Source: Candidatus Doudnabacteria bacterium | GTDB lineage: Bacteria > Patescibacteriota > Doudnabacteria > UBA920 | Direction: 5' to 3' | DNA length: 64,000 bases | Assembly: GCA_963837465.1 (NCBI GenBank) | Contig: CAWINB010000004.1 | Location: 330,853-394,852, forward strand | Part shown: one piece after another, positions 39,633 through 49,379 of the stretch | Layout of the letters: every line of letters starts with the position of its first letter | Numbering within the stretch: position 1 is the stretch's first letter | The notes under the pieces: model-generated | Told to the model about the DNA's origin: nothing | The model's database searches: none | What the model saw: only the letters and a program-made list of their open reading frames with translations | Made by a program: the position numbers and the translations under genes

Positions 39633-40682
39633 ATGAACAATATGACAACCTTCACTAAACAGTGGACTTCCAATAGGCCTAGAATTTTCGGGGTCTTTGG
39701 GAAAACCCAGCAGGATGACACATTTGAAATTTTAATTCCAAAATTTCTTGACTACGCCCAATTTGATTTGAAACTGGCCAAAGAGACCATCGGAAAATAC
39801 AAAGAATCTTTGGGTTGGGTGACAAGGTATCTGCCCGACGTGGAACGCCCCGCCCAAATGACGCTGGAAGATGTTACCCGAATTAAAAAGCAGGTGGCAA
39901 TGCGTGGCAATAGCGAGGCTCGGACTAACTCCATTATCTTCGCCTTGCGGAAGTTTTTGGACTATTGCGGCAAGCGGATGCAGATTGAAACCATTGACCC
40001 AAAGACCATAGAGCCGCTGAAAATCCCCAAGCGGGAAGTTATCTACCTTAACAAGGACGAGATAAAAAATCTGCGTGATGTATTTGACTTAGCCAACAAG
40101 CGGGAGTTCCGAATGCGGGTGCTGGTGGAATTTCTGCTCGGCACGGGAATGAGAATCTCTGAAGCGCTATCGGTCAATCGTGAGCAGATTAATTATGACA
40201 GCAAGGAAATAAAAATTGTCGGCAAGGGCAACAAGGAGCGCACAGTTTTTGTTTCCGATGATGCCTTAGGCTGGATAAAAAGGTATCTGGATACCCGCAC
40301 GGATGACAATCCTGCTGTCTTTATAACCTTTGGCGAGCAAGAAAGGTTAAGGCGGGGCGACTTGGCAGAATTATTAAGAGGTTATGGAATAAAAGCGGGG
40401 CTACAGAAGAAAGTTACGCCGCATATCTTGAGACACTCATCGGCAACCACGATGATGCGGAAAGGCTGTCCTCTGCCTTACATCCAGCAGTTGCTCGGCC
40501 ACGCCGACATTAAAACGACCGCCAAATATTATCTTGGCGTTGATAAACAATCCGTCAAAGATGCTCACGAAAAATATCTTAAGTTCGACCACCACCGTTT
40601 GGGAATGGCGGCACCTGTGCGTAAAGGTATTGACTTGGATAGCTACCTTGAGTATTTCTCGGCCTATCTTCCGAAAGAGTAG
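39633..40682 (+). CDS. tyrosine recombinase/integrase (class B, with about 30-aa C-terminal extension)
   Basis: 349 aa with LLGTGMRISEAL...IVGKGNKERTVFV...HILRHSSATTMM...GHADIKTTAKYY. Confidence 0.85.
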   Translation: MNNMTTFTKQWTSNRPRIFGVFGKTQQDDTFEILIPKFLDYAQFDLKLAKETIGKYKESLGWVTRYLPDVERPAQMTLEDVTRIKKQVAMRGNSEARTNSIIFALRKFLDYCGKRMQIETIDPKTIEPLKIPKREVIYLNKDEIKNLRDVFDLANKREFRMRVLVEFLLGTGMRISEALSVNREQINYDSKEIKIVGKGNKERTVFVSDDALGWIKRYLDTRTDDNPAVFITFGEQERLRRGDLAELLRGYGIKAGLQKKVTPHILRHSSATTMMRKGCPLPYIQQLLGHADIKTTAKYYLGVDKQSVKDAHEKYLKFDHHRLGMAAPVRKGIDLDSYLEYFSAYLPKE

Positions 40683-40823
40683 AACAACAGCACCCGCCTG
40701 ATATTTATCAGGCGGGTGTTTGTTTTTAATTTTGAACCCGTCAAAAATAATGTTATAATTTAGGTAGTTTATGCACGCTGAAATATGAGCGTCATAGTAT
40801 ATAAAACAGTATAGGGAGCGGAT

Positions 40824-41861
40824 ATGGATACAAATTACCCCAATAAAATAAACAAAATTTTAAAGCCTAAGGCCGATAAGCGGTTGCCTTTGGTTATTGA
40901 CCTTTTTGCTGGCTGTGGAGGCTTGGCTTTGGGTTTTGAAGCGCAGGGTTTTGAAACTTTAGGCTATGAAATGGATAAAGACTGTTGCGAAACCTATAAT
41001 AAAAATTTAACTGGTAAATGTATACAGCAGTTTTTGGATGTTAATAGTGATTTTCCCAAAGCGGAAATTGTGATTGGCGGTCCACCTTGCCAGCCATTCA
41101 GCGTTAGGGGAAAACAAAAAGGTTTGGCCGACGAGCGGAACGGTTTTCCAGCTTTTATTGCCGCCGTTGAAAAAGCCAAGCCCCGCTTTTGGATGTTTGA
41201 AAATGTGAGAGGGTTATTTTACAAAAATAAAGAATATTTAAACGAAGTAATAGAAACGCTAAAAAATCTTGGTTATTTTGTTGAGTCTCATTTAGTTAAT
41301 GCTTCCAATTATGAAGTTCCCCAAAACAGGGAGAGGGTTATAGTAATAGGCTATAAAAATGGAAGTTTTAAATTTCCCCAAAAGCTCGGCACTAAAGTGA
41401 CGGCTGGGGAAGCTTTGGGCGAAATGGCCTTATCTGCTCCTAAGGGTTCAAGGTATTTGACCCCAAGTATGGACACTTATGTTGCTAAATATGAAGCGGC
41501 TTCTAAATGTGTTGTCCCAAGAGATTTGCATATGCACCTACCAGCAAGGACTTTGACGTGCAGGAATTTGTCGGGTTCTACAAGCGATATGCACAGAATT
41601 AAATTACCAAACGGCAAGCGTAGACAATTACTCGTTAGAGAGGCCGCTCGCTTGCAGAGCTTTCCTGATAAGTTTGAGTTTTGCGGGAGCGAGAGCAGTG
41701 CTTTTAAACAAATAGGCAATGCTGTGCCGCCTATGCTTTCCTACCACATTGCTGGTGCTGTAAAAGAATATTTGGAATCCGTAAATAAAACCCCGACCAA
41801 ACATATCAGAAATAATTCATTTGCTTACCAATATCAGCAAGCTATAAAATTCAATGTATAA
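40824..41861 (+). CDS. dcm: DNA (cytosine-5)-methyltransferase
   Basis: DLFAGCGGL motif I, GGPPCQPFS motif IV (PC), ENV motif VI. Length is 345 aa. Confidence 0.85.
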   Translation: MDTNYPNKINKILKPKADKRLPLVIDLFAGCGGLALGFEAQGFETLGYEMDKDCCETYNKNLTGKCIQQFLDVNSDFPKAEIVIGGPPCQPFSVRGKQKGLADERNGFPAFIAAVEKAKPRFWMFENVRGLFYKNKEYLNEVIETLKNLGYFVESHLVNASNYEVPQNRERVIVIGYKNGSFKFPQKLGTKVTAGEALGEMALSAPKGSRYLTPSMDTYVAKYEAASKCVVPRDLHMHLPARTLTCRNLSGSTSDMHRIKLPNGKRRQLLVREAARLQSFPDKFEFCGSESSAFKQIGNAVPPMLSYHIAGAVKEYLESVNKTPTKHIRNNSFAYQYQQAIKFNV

Positions 41862-42873
41862 AATCTTAGATAAGTTCGCTCCCTCGGCGGAATTTAAAAC
41901 GAAGTCAAAGCAAAATAAAATTTTAGTTGACCAAGCCGCTTACGCCTTGATGAAGTTTGGTGTGCCTTTTGACGGCCTGTCTTTTAGGAGAATAGAGCGG
42001 ATGGCATTGTCCTTTATGGCGGTTTGCCAAGTTAGCGCAAAAAGCCACTGGCCAAAAACTAAGGATTTTACGGACAAGGTTGCTATGAAAACTAGGGACA
42101 TTATCAATTACGTTAATAAAAATTTTCAGGAAAATATATCGTCTGGTTCCTATGACGACATCCGCAGAAAAGATTTAAAATTGCTGGTGCTTGGAGATAT
42201 TGTCATTAGGACTAACCCCGAAGCGGCAAGGAACGACTCTACCAGAGGCTATGCGCTGAATCCAGCTTACAAAACAATAGTTAAGGAAATTGGCAAACCT
42301 AACTGGGATACCACAGTCAAAAAGTTTTTAAAAGGTAAAAAGACGGTTGCGGAATTACTTTCTTCCAAACGCAATGTGGCGACTATTCCCGTCGTGCTTC
42401 CCTCGGGAGCCGAGCTTCAATTTTCGCTTGGAGAACATAACGTATTACAAAAAGCCATTATAGAAGAATTTTTGCCTCGCTATGGCTATGGCTCCGAAGT
42501 TTTGTATGTTGGCGATACAGCCGACAAGTTCTTATATTTGAACAAAGAGAAGCTGGAAGCTTTAAAGTTCTTTGAGCTATCCCACGGCGAATTGCCCGAT
42601 GTTGTCGCTTATTCAAAAAGCAAAAATTGGTTATACCTTATAGAAGCCGTTCACAGTTCGGGACCGATATCGTCCATTAGGCTTGCGGAGCTAAAAAAGC
42701 TCACACAAAAATGCACCGCCGACATTGTATACATAACAGCATTTTTGGACAGGGAAACTTTTAGGAAATTTATAAAAGACATTGCCTGGGAAACCGAAGT
42801 TTGGATTGCTACCAACCCTGACCATTTGGTGCATTTTAACGGCGACAAATTTTTAGGACCCTACAAACAGTAG
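41854..42873 (+). CDS. putative Type II restriction endonuclease partner of the C5-MTase
   Basis: 339 aa. The start overlaps the dcm stop, so it is operonic. The family was not identified from sequence alone. Confidence 0.45.
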   Translation: MYKILDKFAPSAEFKTKSKQNKILVDQAAYALMKFGVPFDGLSFRRIERMALSFMAVCQVSAKSHWPKTKDFTDKVAMKTRDIINYVNKNFQENISSGSYDDIRRKDLKLLVLGDIVIRTNPEAARNDSTRGYALNPAYKTIVKEIGKPNWDTTVKKFLKGKKTVAELLSSKRNVATIPVVLPSGAELQFSLGEHNVLQKAIIEEFLPRYGYGSEVLYVGDTADKFLYLNKEKLEALKFFELSHGELPDVVAYSKSKNWLYLIEAVHSSGPISSIRLAELKKLTQKCTADIVYITAFLDRETFRKFIKDIAWETEVWIATNPDHLVHFNGDKFLGPYKQ

Positions 42874-43047
42874 GGTTAGCAGGAGAGCCTATGAAAATCG
42901 CTTAAAAGGCGATTTTTTGCTATTATTTAGATATAAAATTGTTGGATAACAGTCGGGGAAAAAACTATATATAGTTAAACAAGATTTTAAAATTTTATAT
43001 AGTTTCAGCTAACCTTAAACCAAAAAAATACTGAAGTAGATTGGCTT

Positions 43048-43614
43048 ATGATAAATAGAAAAATGATTTTTGAAGAAGTAAAAAATTGCTCCAAAAAATT
43101 AGGTTTGGGTAAGGCGAAAGTTAGTTTGTTAATTGTAAACAAGTCAGCGAAAAACAGGTTGGGCAATTTGGAATTAGAAGGAGACATCTATGCGAATCTT
43201 TTGCCCCTAAAAAGTGGTTATAAAATTAGATTTAATATAACGACCATAAATGATAATAAGTTAAACCGTAAGCAGTTGCGTGGATTGGTTTTTCACGAGT
43301 TAACCCACATATTGCGTCACGAATACACAAAATTTATCAGAGGCAAAGACAAAATTTCCTACGCCGAATTTGTAAAAGCCAATAAAAATTATAGTTATTG
43401 GCACGGCAGTTCCATAATTTCTGATATTAACGAATTAGAGGAGCTTTTGATTGATATTTTTGTAACTAGGCTGTGTATATTAGAAGGGTTTTCTTGGGGT
43501 TTGCCAATAGAGGATGAAAGTGGCGAAGCTGTGAATGATAGGAATTATTTGTCCAAAAGAGCCGAAGACTTTTATAGTTCCCTAAAAGAAAAAATCAGTA
43601 ATTTAAATGTTTAG
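43048..43614 (+). CDS. hypothetical HExxH protein (FHELTHILRHEY), possible ImmA/IrrE-like metallopeptidase
   Basis: 188 aa with a single HExxH...H motif. First gene of a tight 5-gene co-directional cluster. Confidence 0.35.
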   Translation: MINRKMIFEEVKNCSKKLGLGKAKVSLLIVNKSAKNRLGNLELEGDIYANLLPLKSGYKIRFNITTINDNKLNRKQLRGLVFHELTHILRHEYTKFIRGKDKISYAEFVKANKNYSYWHGSSIISDINELEELLIDIFVTRLCILEGFSWGLPIEDESGEAVNDRNYLSKRAEDFYSSLKEKISNLNV

Positions 43615-43623
43615 AAAATCTTT

Positions 43624-43806
43624 GTGTATATGGCACTCAAAGAAAAGCAGGCTTACTATAAATGCAAAAAGTGCGGCGATGAGATTTATTGGAATACCCA
43701 CAAAAGGTATACCAAGTGCAGTTGCGGAGCTTTGGCGGTAGACGGGTGCGAAGAATATGTAAGGGTAATAGGCAACGCTAAGGACTGGGGGGAGATAAAA
43801 AAATAA
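43624..43806 (+). CDS. small zinc-ribbon protein (CKKCGDEIYW...CSCGA)
   Basis: 60 aa with four Cys in a CxxC...CxC arrangement. Confidence 0.4.
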   Translation: MYMALKEKQAYYKCKKCGDEIYWNTHKRYTKCSCGALAVDGCEEYVRVIGNAKDWGEIKK

Positions 43807-43817
43807 TTCTAGAAATT

Positions 43818-44237
43818 ATGTCAAACCAAGACAGGTTAAAAATGTCCGATGTATACAGAGATTTTGTTCCAATTTTTGGCAAGAAAGTTCCGTTTGCAGA
43901 AGCTTACCCGCAAATTGAGAATATTAAAGTTGAGGTTGAACAACGAGGACAAGGAGTAAGAGAGTGGAATAAAAATTGGGTCTTGAACGGTATAAATGAC
44001 TTTAGACAATATATAGATTGCAGTAATCCTTTATGCGCCAAAGGCGGTTTTGCGTTGGGTGAAATGGTGCGAGATATGGTGCGCAACAAAGACGAATCCT
44101 TTGAGCAGAGTAAAATTTGTATTGGCAACGAGGGGTCGCCAAAAGGTAAAAGAATTTACCGAAAGTGTATGAATTATTTTACTGTTAAGGTAGCTATTCA
44201 ATACAAAAAGGAAGTAGACAAAGAAAATAAAGAATAA
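43818..44237 (+). CDS. hypothetical protein
   Basis: 139 aa, part of the same tight cluster. Confidence 0.35.
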   Translation: MSNQDRLKMSDVYRDFVPIFGKKVPFAEAYPQIENIKVEVEQRGQGVREWNKNWVLNGINDFRQYIDCSNPLCAKGGFALGEMVRDMVRNKDESFEQSKICIGNEGSPKGKRIYRKCMNYFTVKVAIQYKKEVDKENKE

Positions 44238-44241
44238 ATTT

Positions 44242-44856
44242 ATGCCTGAAAGACCAGCCCCCGAAGAGTTTAATAGGCCAATAGAAAGTCGGCAAGACCA
44301 AACTACGCCGATAGAGTTTCCGCACGCCGAAGCTGGCTTGGAGGCTTACCTTAAAGAGTATCCAAACGAAGCGTCCAGAGCGGAAAAGTTACGAGCCGTG
44401 TTCCAAGAGTTTTTACAGCGGGAAATAAAAAACATAAAAATATTCAAATCAGAACAGCTTGGTGCCGAATTGCCGTATACTTCTATTAAGATTGGGGAAT
44501 TAGCAAGAAGCATTTACAAAAAATACGCTGAGGCAGACAGTTTACCTGTTGAAGCCCCCGATGTCGCACCAGTGGCTCAAGAATTTGTATTTAATTCAGC
44601 CTTGTCCACGGATGAGGGTAATGAGTTTAACTTTGTAGAGGAGGCTATGCACGAAGCCGTTAAACATTTGCCCGCCGCTCTTAAAGCACTTAGAGAGGGC
44701 AAAGCTCCCGAAGAACGGGAAGTTTTTACTCTTGGTATGCCAACTAATGTATTAGGCAGGGTGTCGCCCGAACTGGCGGACAGAATAAACAAAGAACCTT
44801 TTGAGGAATTGGGCAAAGTCTTTGCTGAATTGGTAAAAGCAGAGAATGCGAGCTAA
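44242..44856 (+). CDS. hypothetical protein
   Basis: 204 aa with the start 5 nt after the previous stop. Confidence 0.35.
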   Translation: MPERPAPEEFNRPIESRQDQTTPIEFPHAEAGLEAYLKEYPNEASRAEKLRAVFQEFLQREIKNIKIFKSEQLGAELPYTSIKIGELARSIYKKYAEADSLPVEAPDVAPVAQEFVFNSALSTDEGNEFNFVEEAMHEAVKHLPAALKALREGKAPEEREVFTLGMPTNVLGRVSPELADRINKEPFEELGKVFAELVKAENAS

Positions 44857-45817
44857 AGCAATAAAATTTCAAGGCGTATCTTTGAGTAGCAATATAGCAA
44901 TTAGAACGGCAGAAAATTTAGTTGAAAAAGGCTTGGTTACTCAAGACTTTGCCGTAGCCGAAAAAGACCATTTGCCGTATTTGCAAATTGAAGCCGAGGT
45001 TCCCGTTTCCCTTAGCCCGTCTAAAATAAAAGCCCTGCAAGTGCCAGTTGGTTTTTTTGCCGATGCTTTAAAAGAAAGAAAGTTGCCAGAAGTCAAAAGG
45101 ATAGAAGCTGGTAAGCCGCAGTTTGGAAAAGATGTAAATGAGGTGTTAGCCCAAAGGGGTATACACGAGCAAATGGCTGATGACCAAAAGAAGACTAAGC
45201 GTGGGGTCATACTTGATATACTCAAAAAGGTTGGCAACACTTTTAAGCCAAAACCTGAAACAAAAATTACCACCCTTTATGGTTTAAATGATTTAACCAC
45301 CAAGTCGCCGTCTATGGTTAAAGCGGCAAAAGTCCGCAAGCAGGAATTTGGCGGCACGCTTGGCCAAAACCTTTTGGAAAGGGCTAAGCCCAACGAAAGA
45401 GTGTTTACTGCCGAAATGATGCACCTTAGTCCTCGGTTTAGAAAAACTCAGCTAAGAAGAATGCGGGTGCTTGCTATAACTTTAGAAGATTTGGAACAGG
45501 GTAAAAATTTATTAGAGGTAGCACCAGAGCATATACCAACCCCCGAAGAAGTAAATTTGGTTTTTAGGGAACTAATAGGCAAGGAATACAGGGAAGTGCG
45601 TAAACGAGAAGACGAGCAAGGTCTTTACTTGTTAGAGGTGGAAGTTGCTGGAGAAGCGGAAGGTGAAATTACCGAATACGCTTATATGCGAAAAGGCCGT
45701 TATGCGGAAGGTCAAATTTCGGCAACCGAAATTCACGTTACTTATTACAAGGACGGCAAACCCGTAAGCGGAACATCGGCGGCAAGGTATGTTGATGGGG
45801 AATGGAGAATTCTTTAG
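44846..45817 (+). CDS. hypothetical protein
   Basis: 323 aa. Overlaps the previous gene by 11 nt. Confidence 0.35.
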   Translation: MRAKAIKFQGVSLSSNIAIRTAENLVEKGLVTQDFAVAEKDHLPYLQIEAEVPVSLSPSKIKALQVPVGFFADALKERKLPEVKRIEAGKPQFGKDVNEVLAQRGIHEQMADDQKKTKRGVILDILKKVGNTFKPKPETKITTLYGLNDLTTKSPSMVKAAKVRKQEFGGTLGQNLLERAKPNERVFTAEMMHLSPRFRKTQLRRMRVLAITLEDLEQGKNLLEVAPEHIPTPEEVNLVFRELIGKEYREVRKREDEQGLYLLEVEVAGEAEGEITEYAYMRKGRYAEGQISATEIHVTYYKDGKPVSGTSAARYVDGEWRIL

Positions 45818-45857
45818 TAATAGCATAAAAATGCCAATTTAGTTTTCCTACAAAAAG

Positions 45858-46056
45858 CTATTAAAACTCAATCGGCTAATTTAGGCTCTTAAACAATAGT
45901 GGGTAGCACAGAGGGTAAACTTTGGGAGGGGATAACTGTGTTGCTACAACTTTTTGTAATCGCTAACATCTGTGTAAGACTTTAAAAATTAAATATCTTT
46001 GCTGACCGAAGCGTAGTGCAGGAATTATTTTTTTACACCTCGGATTAAACACCTCC
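45858..46056 (+). repeat. right arm type 2 plus partial core (cacctcc at 46050-46056)
   Basis: About 190 bp homologous to 47521-47720 (ctattaaaact..aatcggct..aaacaatagtggg..gggtaaactttgg.aggggataact.tgttgcta...cgctaacatc...ttacacctcggattaaacacctcc). Confidence 0.7.
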
Positions 46057-46124
46057 ATACGGCTACAACTTCCTCACTTAGCAAAAATCGCCCAAAAGGC
46101 GGTTTTTTTTGTTATAATTTAACT

Positions 46125-47486
46125 ATGCACGAACCAACTGAACCTAATAATCAACCCTGTCCAGGTTGTGGCTATCCAGCTCAAGCTGGCCACGCTCCTA
46201 ATTGCCCTACTGTCAGCAAAGGCGAAAAGGAAAAAAACCTTGAAGGAGTAGAAGCAAGGAAGTATACGGCCGAGGATATACAAAATTTTCAGGGTGAATT
46301 ATCACAATTTGAAAAAATGCGTAAGGCTGATAATGCCAACTACGTCTTTGATTTTACCGAGTATTACCAATTTTTAACCCAGCACAAAAAATCTCAAGAA
46401 CGACCTTTTACACAAAGAGATGTTTCGACACCTGGCTATCAAGATTTGGAAGTTGGCATATTCAAAGGCTGGAAACAAAATTTGTTAGCCAAAAAAGACA
46501 AACTCATCCAGTCACGACCAAAATTAGCACCGATTATCGGAATGCTAGAGAGCGAGCCTACGCCAAAAACCTTAGATGAACTTCGGGATTTGTTTAGAAA
46601 ACATCCCGACTTAAATGAATTTGGCGCAGTCCAATACCAAGACGGCGTGGGAGAACAGGGAGAAAAGAAAAGCGGATTTTTGCATATCAATATGTCCCGC
46701 TATAACGGCTATGAATACGAACTACCCAAGACGGATACCAGAGTTTACTTAAACCCGCCACCCGAAGCTATACCGCAAATATCTATGGAGCTTTGTAATA
46801 TAGCACAGGCTAAAAGATTTCCGTTATATTTTAAAACCATAGATTATTCTTTTCAAAAACCCAATCCCGACAACACCAACAGGCTGGATAAGTTTATTGT
46901 TTATACAGACAAGGCGCACGTGACCGCTCTCTCCCAAGAATTAAAAACTTTGCAAAGCAAACATCCCGAATGGTTTAACGGCAGAGAATTGCCAACTATG
47001 GTTGCCAAAATGGGCGAGGGCGTGGGAGTAGCGGAAGACCCTAACGAACAACAAATGCAAAAGTTTGGCGAGCGTGGCAAGTCATTTAACGGTATGAGGG
47101 CTTTATTTTTAAAGGATGTTTGGACGGGTGTGACAAAAGACATTATCTTAGCGCAACGGACTTGGCGGCCAAGAGGCGGTAGGACTATGGAAGAAATTTT
47201 TAATGATAATCTAAAAGCTGGGCTAACTCGTAGGCAGTTACAGCCTAATGTGATAGCCGATGTTATCGGCAAGGCTTGGGCGGCACAATTAGATAGTTCA
47301 AGAATGGGAAGTCTTCCCGACAGCAGAATAGCAGATGAAGTTGATAATGCCGTGGCAAGAACTATGGCTGATGTAATTCCTAACATTACCCCTGATTCCT
47401 TGCAACCAGCCGTGCAAAACCAAATCAACAAAAAAGCAAAGGATTATTTTATTAACCCTAATAATTTAGCTTTTAATCAAATTTAA
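46125..47486 (+). CDS. hypothetical protein with N-terminal zinc-ribbon (CPGCGYP...CP)
   Basis: 453 aa. The only gene between the two type-2 right arms. Confidence 0.4.
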   Translation: MHEPTEPNNQPCPGCGYPAQAGHAPNCPTVSKGEKEKNLEGVEARKYTAEDIQNFQGELSQFEKMRKADNANYVFDFTEYYQFLTQHKKSQERPFTQRDVSTPGYQDLEVGIFKGWKQNLLAKKDKLIQSRPKLAPIIGMLESEPTPKTLDELRDLFRKHPDLNEFGAVQYQDGVGEQGEKKSGFLHINMSRYNGYEYELPKTDTRVYLNPPPEAIPQISMELCNIAQAKRFPLYFKTIDYSFQKPNPDNTNRLDKFIVYTDKAHVTALSQELKTLQSKHPEWFNGRELPTMVAKMGEGVGVAEDPNEQQMQKFGERGKSFNGMRALFLKDVWTGVTKDIILAQRTWRPRGGRTMEEIFNDNLKAGLTRRQLQPNVIADVIGKAWAAQLDSSRMGSLPDSRIADEVDNAVARTMADVIPNITPDSLQPAVQNQINKKAKDYFINPNNLAFNQI

Positions 47487-47520
47487 GGGATTATGGCCAG
47501 TTTAGTTTTTGTATAAGAAT

Positions 47521-47738
47521 CTATTAAAACTAAATCGGCTTTAAACAATAGTGGGCGGTAGTGGGGGTAAACTTTGGAGGGGATAACTTTGTTGCTAAAA
47601 AATTTTACTGCCGCTAACATCCGAGTAGCAATTTAAAAATTAAATATCATCGCTGTAAGCGAGCTTGAAAATAAATAGTGGGAGCGAGTGGGGGTGAACA
47701 ACTTTACACCTCGGATTAAACACCTCCTTTCTAAGGAA
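47521..47738 (+). repeat. right arm type 2 (second copy) plus att core copy 3 (47721-47738)
   Basis: See 45858-46056. The core is the full 18-mer cacctcctttctaaggaa. Confidence 0.7.
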
Positions 47739-47996
47739 CAATATGCACCCTTTTCCCTTTTCGAAGGGGAATGTTGGTTCACATTCCGTAGGTCGTCGTT
47801 AATTTTTTCGAAAATTAGCGCACTTCTTGAAACTTCAAAGAACGACGTAAACTGGTGGTTTTGTAACGGTAATTCTACCGTATTTAGCAATAAATACGGC
47901 CTAAGCGCCATTAATGCTTGGGATCACTATTTAGCCGTTAAAGGTTAAACACGAAATTGCAAAGAAAGTCTCGGCCGTTATGGTGCGAGGCTTTTT

Positions 47997-48968
47997 ATGT
48001 TCTATGCAAAAACGTCACTTGAATCAACCGCTAAAGTAGGAACTTTAGCGCCAATCTCCAATGATTTGACAATGAGCCAGCTCATTCCAATGTTTTTAAA
48101 GTACGGTCAGTTTGAATTAATGTTCTCACAGAACACGCTCACCAAATACGACGAGTGTTTAAAATGGGTTGTTAGGGACATCGGCGATTTGAAGGTCACG
48201 GAGTTAAGCCTGTTCCATTTTACCGAGTTAAAACAGATAATAACTAACCGTGGTTGCGGCACCAGCCGCGTTGCTTCCATGGTGTTCTCCATGAAGAGTT
48301 TCCTTAAGTATTGCAAGGACTATCTAGAGCTGCCGGTCATGGATTACAAAAAGATAAGGTCGCCGCGGTTTAAGCGCCGTGAAGTGATTTATTTAACTAA
48401 CGAAGAGATTGAGCAGTTTGTCAGCGCCATTAAAATAGAGAATGGCCCTCGTGCCATAAATTCGGTACGTATGGATGGCCTAAGGTTTCGGGTACTGGTG
48501 GAAGTCTTGCTCGGCACCGGCATGCGCATTTCTGAAGCCTTGTCGCTTAACAGGGATATGGTTGATTTTGAAAAGGCCGAAGCCAAGATTATAGGCAAAG
48601 GCAGCAAAGAACGTACAGTATTTTTCAGCGAGCGGTCGCTTGATTGGGTCAAGCGTTATCTATCCCTGCGTACAGACAATGAACCCGCTTTGTTTCTCAC
48701 CCAGCAGAATACGCGCCTGTCCAAGATAGATGTGCCCGGCTTCTTTAAACGGTACAGCAAGAAGGCCGGTATAACGAAGAAACTGACACCGCACGTGCTC
48801 AGGCATACCTGTGCTACGAACCTCTTGTTTAACGGCTGTCCCATAAACAATGTTCAAGTAATTTTAGGGCATGACCGGCTGGAAACCACCTGTCGCTATT
48901 ATCTCGGTGTTGACAAAACAAAAGCCAAAGAGGCACATGGCAACTTTTTAAATTATCAATTGTCGTAA
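47997..48968 (+). CDS. tyrosine recombinase/integrase (class A)
   Basis: 323 aa with LLGTGMRISEAL...IIGKGSKERTVFF...HVLRHTCATNLL...GHDRLETTCRYY. Confidence 0.85.
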   Translation: MFYAKTSLESTAKVGTLAPISNDLTMSQLIPMFLKYGQFELMFSQNTLTKYDECLKWVVRDIGDLKVTELSLFHFTELKQIITNRGCGTSRVASMVFSMKSFLKYCKDYLELPVMDYKKIRSPRFKRREVIYLTNEEIEQFVSAIKIENGPRAINSVRMDGLRFRVLVEVLLGTGMRISEALSLNRDMVDFEKAEAKIIGKGSKERTVFFSERSLDWVKRYLSLRTDNEPALFLTQQNTRLSKIDVPGFFKRYSKKAGITKKLTPHVLRHTCATNLLFNGCPINNVQVILGHDRLETTCRYYLGVDKTKAKEAHGNFLNYQLS

Positions 48969-49357
48969 TTTAGATACTTTGCGTGCGCGGCTTTCAGCGC
49001 GCGTTTATCGGTGCCCAGATAATACTGGGCCGTGGTGCGAATGTCCGAGTGCCCCAAGAGTTCCTGGATATAGCGGATGTCGCAACCGTTTTCCAGCATG
49101 ATCGTCGCGGCCGTGTGCCGCAGCGTATGCGGCGTGACTTTTTTCTTGATCCCGGACTTGGCCGCATACCTGCGGAATTCCTTGCCCAGGTCATAGCGGG
49201 CAAGCCGCTTGGCTTTGCCGAACGTCACGAAAAGGGCCAGGTTGTCATCGGTTCGGCTTTGCAGATACTTATTTATCCATTCCAAAGCGCGATCGCTTAT
49301 GAAAATTACCCGTTCCTTGTTGCCTTTGCCGATTATGGTAGCTTCTTTGGTTTGCAA
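48956..49357 (-). pseudogene. C-terminal fragment of a class-B tyrosine recombinase (N-terminal half deleted)
   Basis: 133 aa beginning IIGKGNKERVIFISDRALEWI and ending ...HAKYLNYDN. It aligns to residues about 190-322 of the 27917 integrase and converges tail-to-tail with the 47997 integrase. Confidence 0.7.
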
Positions 49358-49379
49358 GTTTATGCTGTCGCGGTTAAGG

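Larger units (their letters stand above)
34663..46056 (+). mobile_element. integrative island 2 (class-A integrase, ParB-like, class-B integrase, Dcm/REase, 5-gene unknown operon)
   Basis: Left arm homologous to 17879-18137. The right arm at 45858-46049 is homologous to 47521-47720. Confidence 0.6.
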
